In this document: positions 62,885-64,000 of the stretch, piece by piece
Numbering within the stretch: position 1 is the stretch's first letter
Layout of the letters: each line of letters begins with the position of its first letter
NCBI GenBank assembly: GCA_037447605.1
Contig: CM074808.1
Span: forward strand, 2,976,001-3,040,000
Length of the DNA stretch: 64,000 bases
Direction: 5' to 3'
Origin: Zygnema circumcarinatum SAG 698-1b
Taxonomy: Eukaryota; Plantae; Zygnematophyceae
Position numbers and translations under genes: made by a program
Notes under the pieces: generated by a model
Databases searched by the model: none
What the model was told of the DNA's origin: nothing
The model's input: the letters and a program-made list of their open reading frames with translations, nothing else

Positions 62885-64000
62885 CTACCTCGTAGAGAAA
62901 AGTGACAGGAATGCCTCTCCTCCTCCAAAGTCAACTGCCTTCGCTTTCAGTTCAATCAAGCTCCGGCCAAAGAACATTGTAACTTCGACGGAGCGATCAA
63001 GCCCAAGCCTTGTGTCTGGAATATCGAGGATGAAGTGCCCTTCACGCGTCACACCAGGCTCGTCGACGTAACTCGATTCACAAACTGTACTAAAAAGCTC
63101 AACTAATGCAGTCGTCTGCTGCTCATACGCAGGGTCGACAACGTGCCTGACGCTTTTATCTACCTCAATTCTCTCATTCCTCTTCACGAATGACAAGAAC
63201 ACATCATCGCACAGCAAGAAAGATCCACTGTCCAGAACTATCTTCTTGGAGGCCGGATCTAAAGATGTGAACGGCCTCACAATAGCGATGCCGTAGGTTT
63301 TTCGGGAAATTCATGATGTCACTTGGTATTCAGGCTCAATCACCAAAGAAAGTCCTCCTAAGCAAACCGCACTCCCTGGGTTCTTCGGGAAAATGATTCT
63401 CTCGTCTGCAAATTTGGTCTTGATTCGATGTTGGAGATATGGCGACTCAGAAAAGGTCCAATCTGGCGACTCAGAAAAGCCTCCTACCACAAAGATGCCT
63501 TTACATGCAGGTAGTTGGTGCAGCTGTGCCTCGATCAGGTCGAGGATTTCATCTACGACCGGATCAAACAGGCCCTTCACGTCGGCTGAGGATAGAATCA
63601 GCTCATCATAATTTCCTATGTCAATGCCATTTCTGGCGTCGTGGTCCTCCCATGCACGTGTCAGAGTAGCGTTCACTTCCAATATGTGATCTTGAAGATT
63701 ATCAATACTGCAAGGACAGAAACGGAAAAATGGCTCAAAGATCAGAAAATGGACACTCCCACTTTCCCTCCAAGCATCTGCTAAGAAACCGATACCAGAC
63801 AACCTTTTCCGATAACTTCCAGCAGGGCTCTGCAAGTTCTGCAAGCATTCACCGGTGCAAGTGGTCGCATAAAAAAAAAATACCTAAAAATGACCTTTGT
63901 CTTTTGAAACTCCTTTAAGATGCTTTGTGCAACCCATGGATGGCACTTCCTTATCTCGCGAAAACATCCGATCCTATTCTCCACAAGTTCCATGAAGTTT
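62885..64000 (-). pseudogene. HSPA12-like atypical Hsp70, 3' part, with an in-frame stop
   Basis: LFDPVVDEILDLIEAQL...IFVVGGFSESP..YLQHRIK...P.SAVCLGG...VTS*ISRKTYG...CDDVFLSFVK...VTMFFGRSLIELKA. TGA at 63311-63313 sits where R is expected. The gene continues beyond the window. Confidence 0.8.

Noticed and set aside
9339-63313. Selenocysteine or TGA recoding to explain the in-frame TGAs at 9339 and 63311
   Set aside because: The HSPA12 position expects Arg (CGA>TGA), PIG-L uses TGA as a normal stop, and no SECIS-like element was recognised.

Overview
Eukaryotic nuclear DNA with GT-AG introns, from a green plant-lineage genome. The plastid phosphate translocator, trihelix factor and TTTAGGG-derived repeats point to a streptophyte; ELAPOR-like and HSPA12-like genes suggest a non-flowering one (inference). 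All family calls come from motif recognition by eye; no searches were run. The first ~51 kb is gene-rich: a trihelix/Myb-SANT gene (partly duplicated across a 10-N gap), an 8-bp-TSD MITE, a divergent plastid phosphate translocator, a CCCH zinc-finger + PARP-like ADP-ribosyltransferase (ART) gene, MRPS33, a coiled-coil ZWINT-like gene, an enoyl/methylglutaconyl-CoA hydratase, eIF5B, PIG-L and a large ELAPOR/KIAA1324-like membrane protein whose upstream region has 8 GTAC cores in 90 bp. Beyond ~51.4 kb the region looks accessory: two convergent degenerate telomere-like arrays, a WWE-WWE-ART gene whose stop codon lies in one array, a 5.66-kb foldback-like element (26-bp perfect TIRs, CTG/CAG arms, three tRNA-Cys-like cloverleaves) nested in a relative of the MITE, and an HSPA12-like pseudogene. 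The best candidates for an undescribed system are (1) two non-canonical ARTs that between them carry the CCCH, tandem-WWE and PARP domains of animal ZAP/PARP12, and (2) the foldback element carrying tRNA-like modules.
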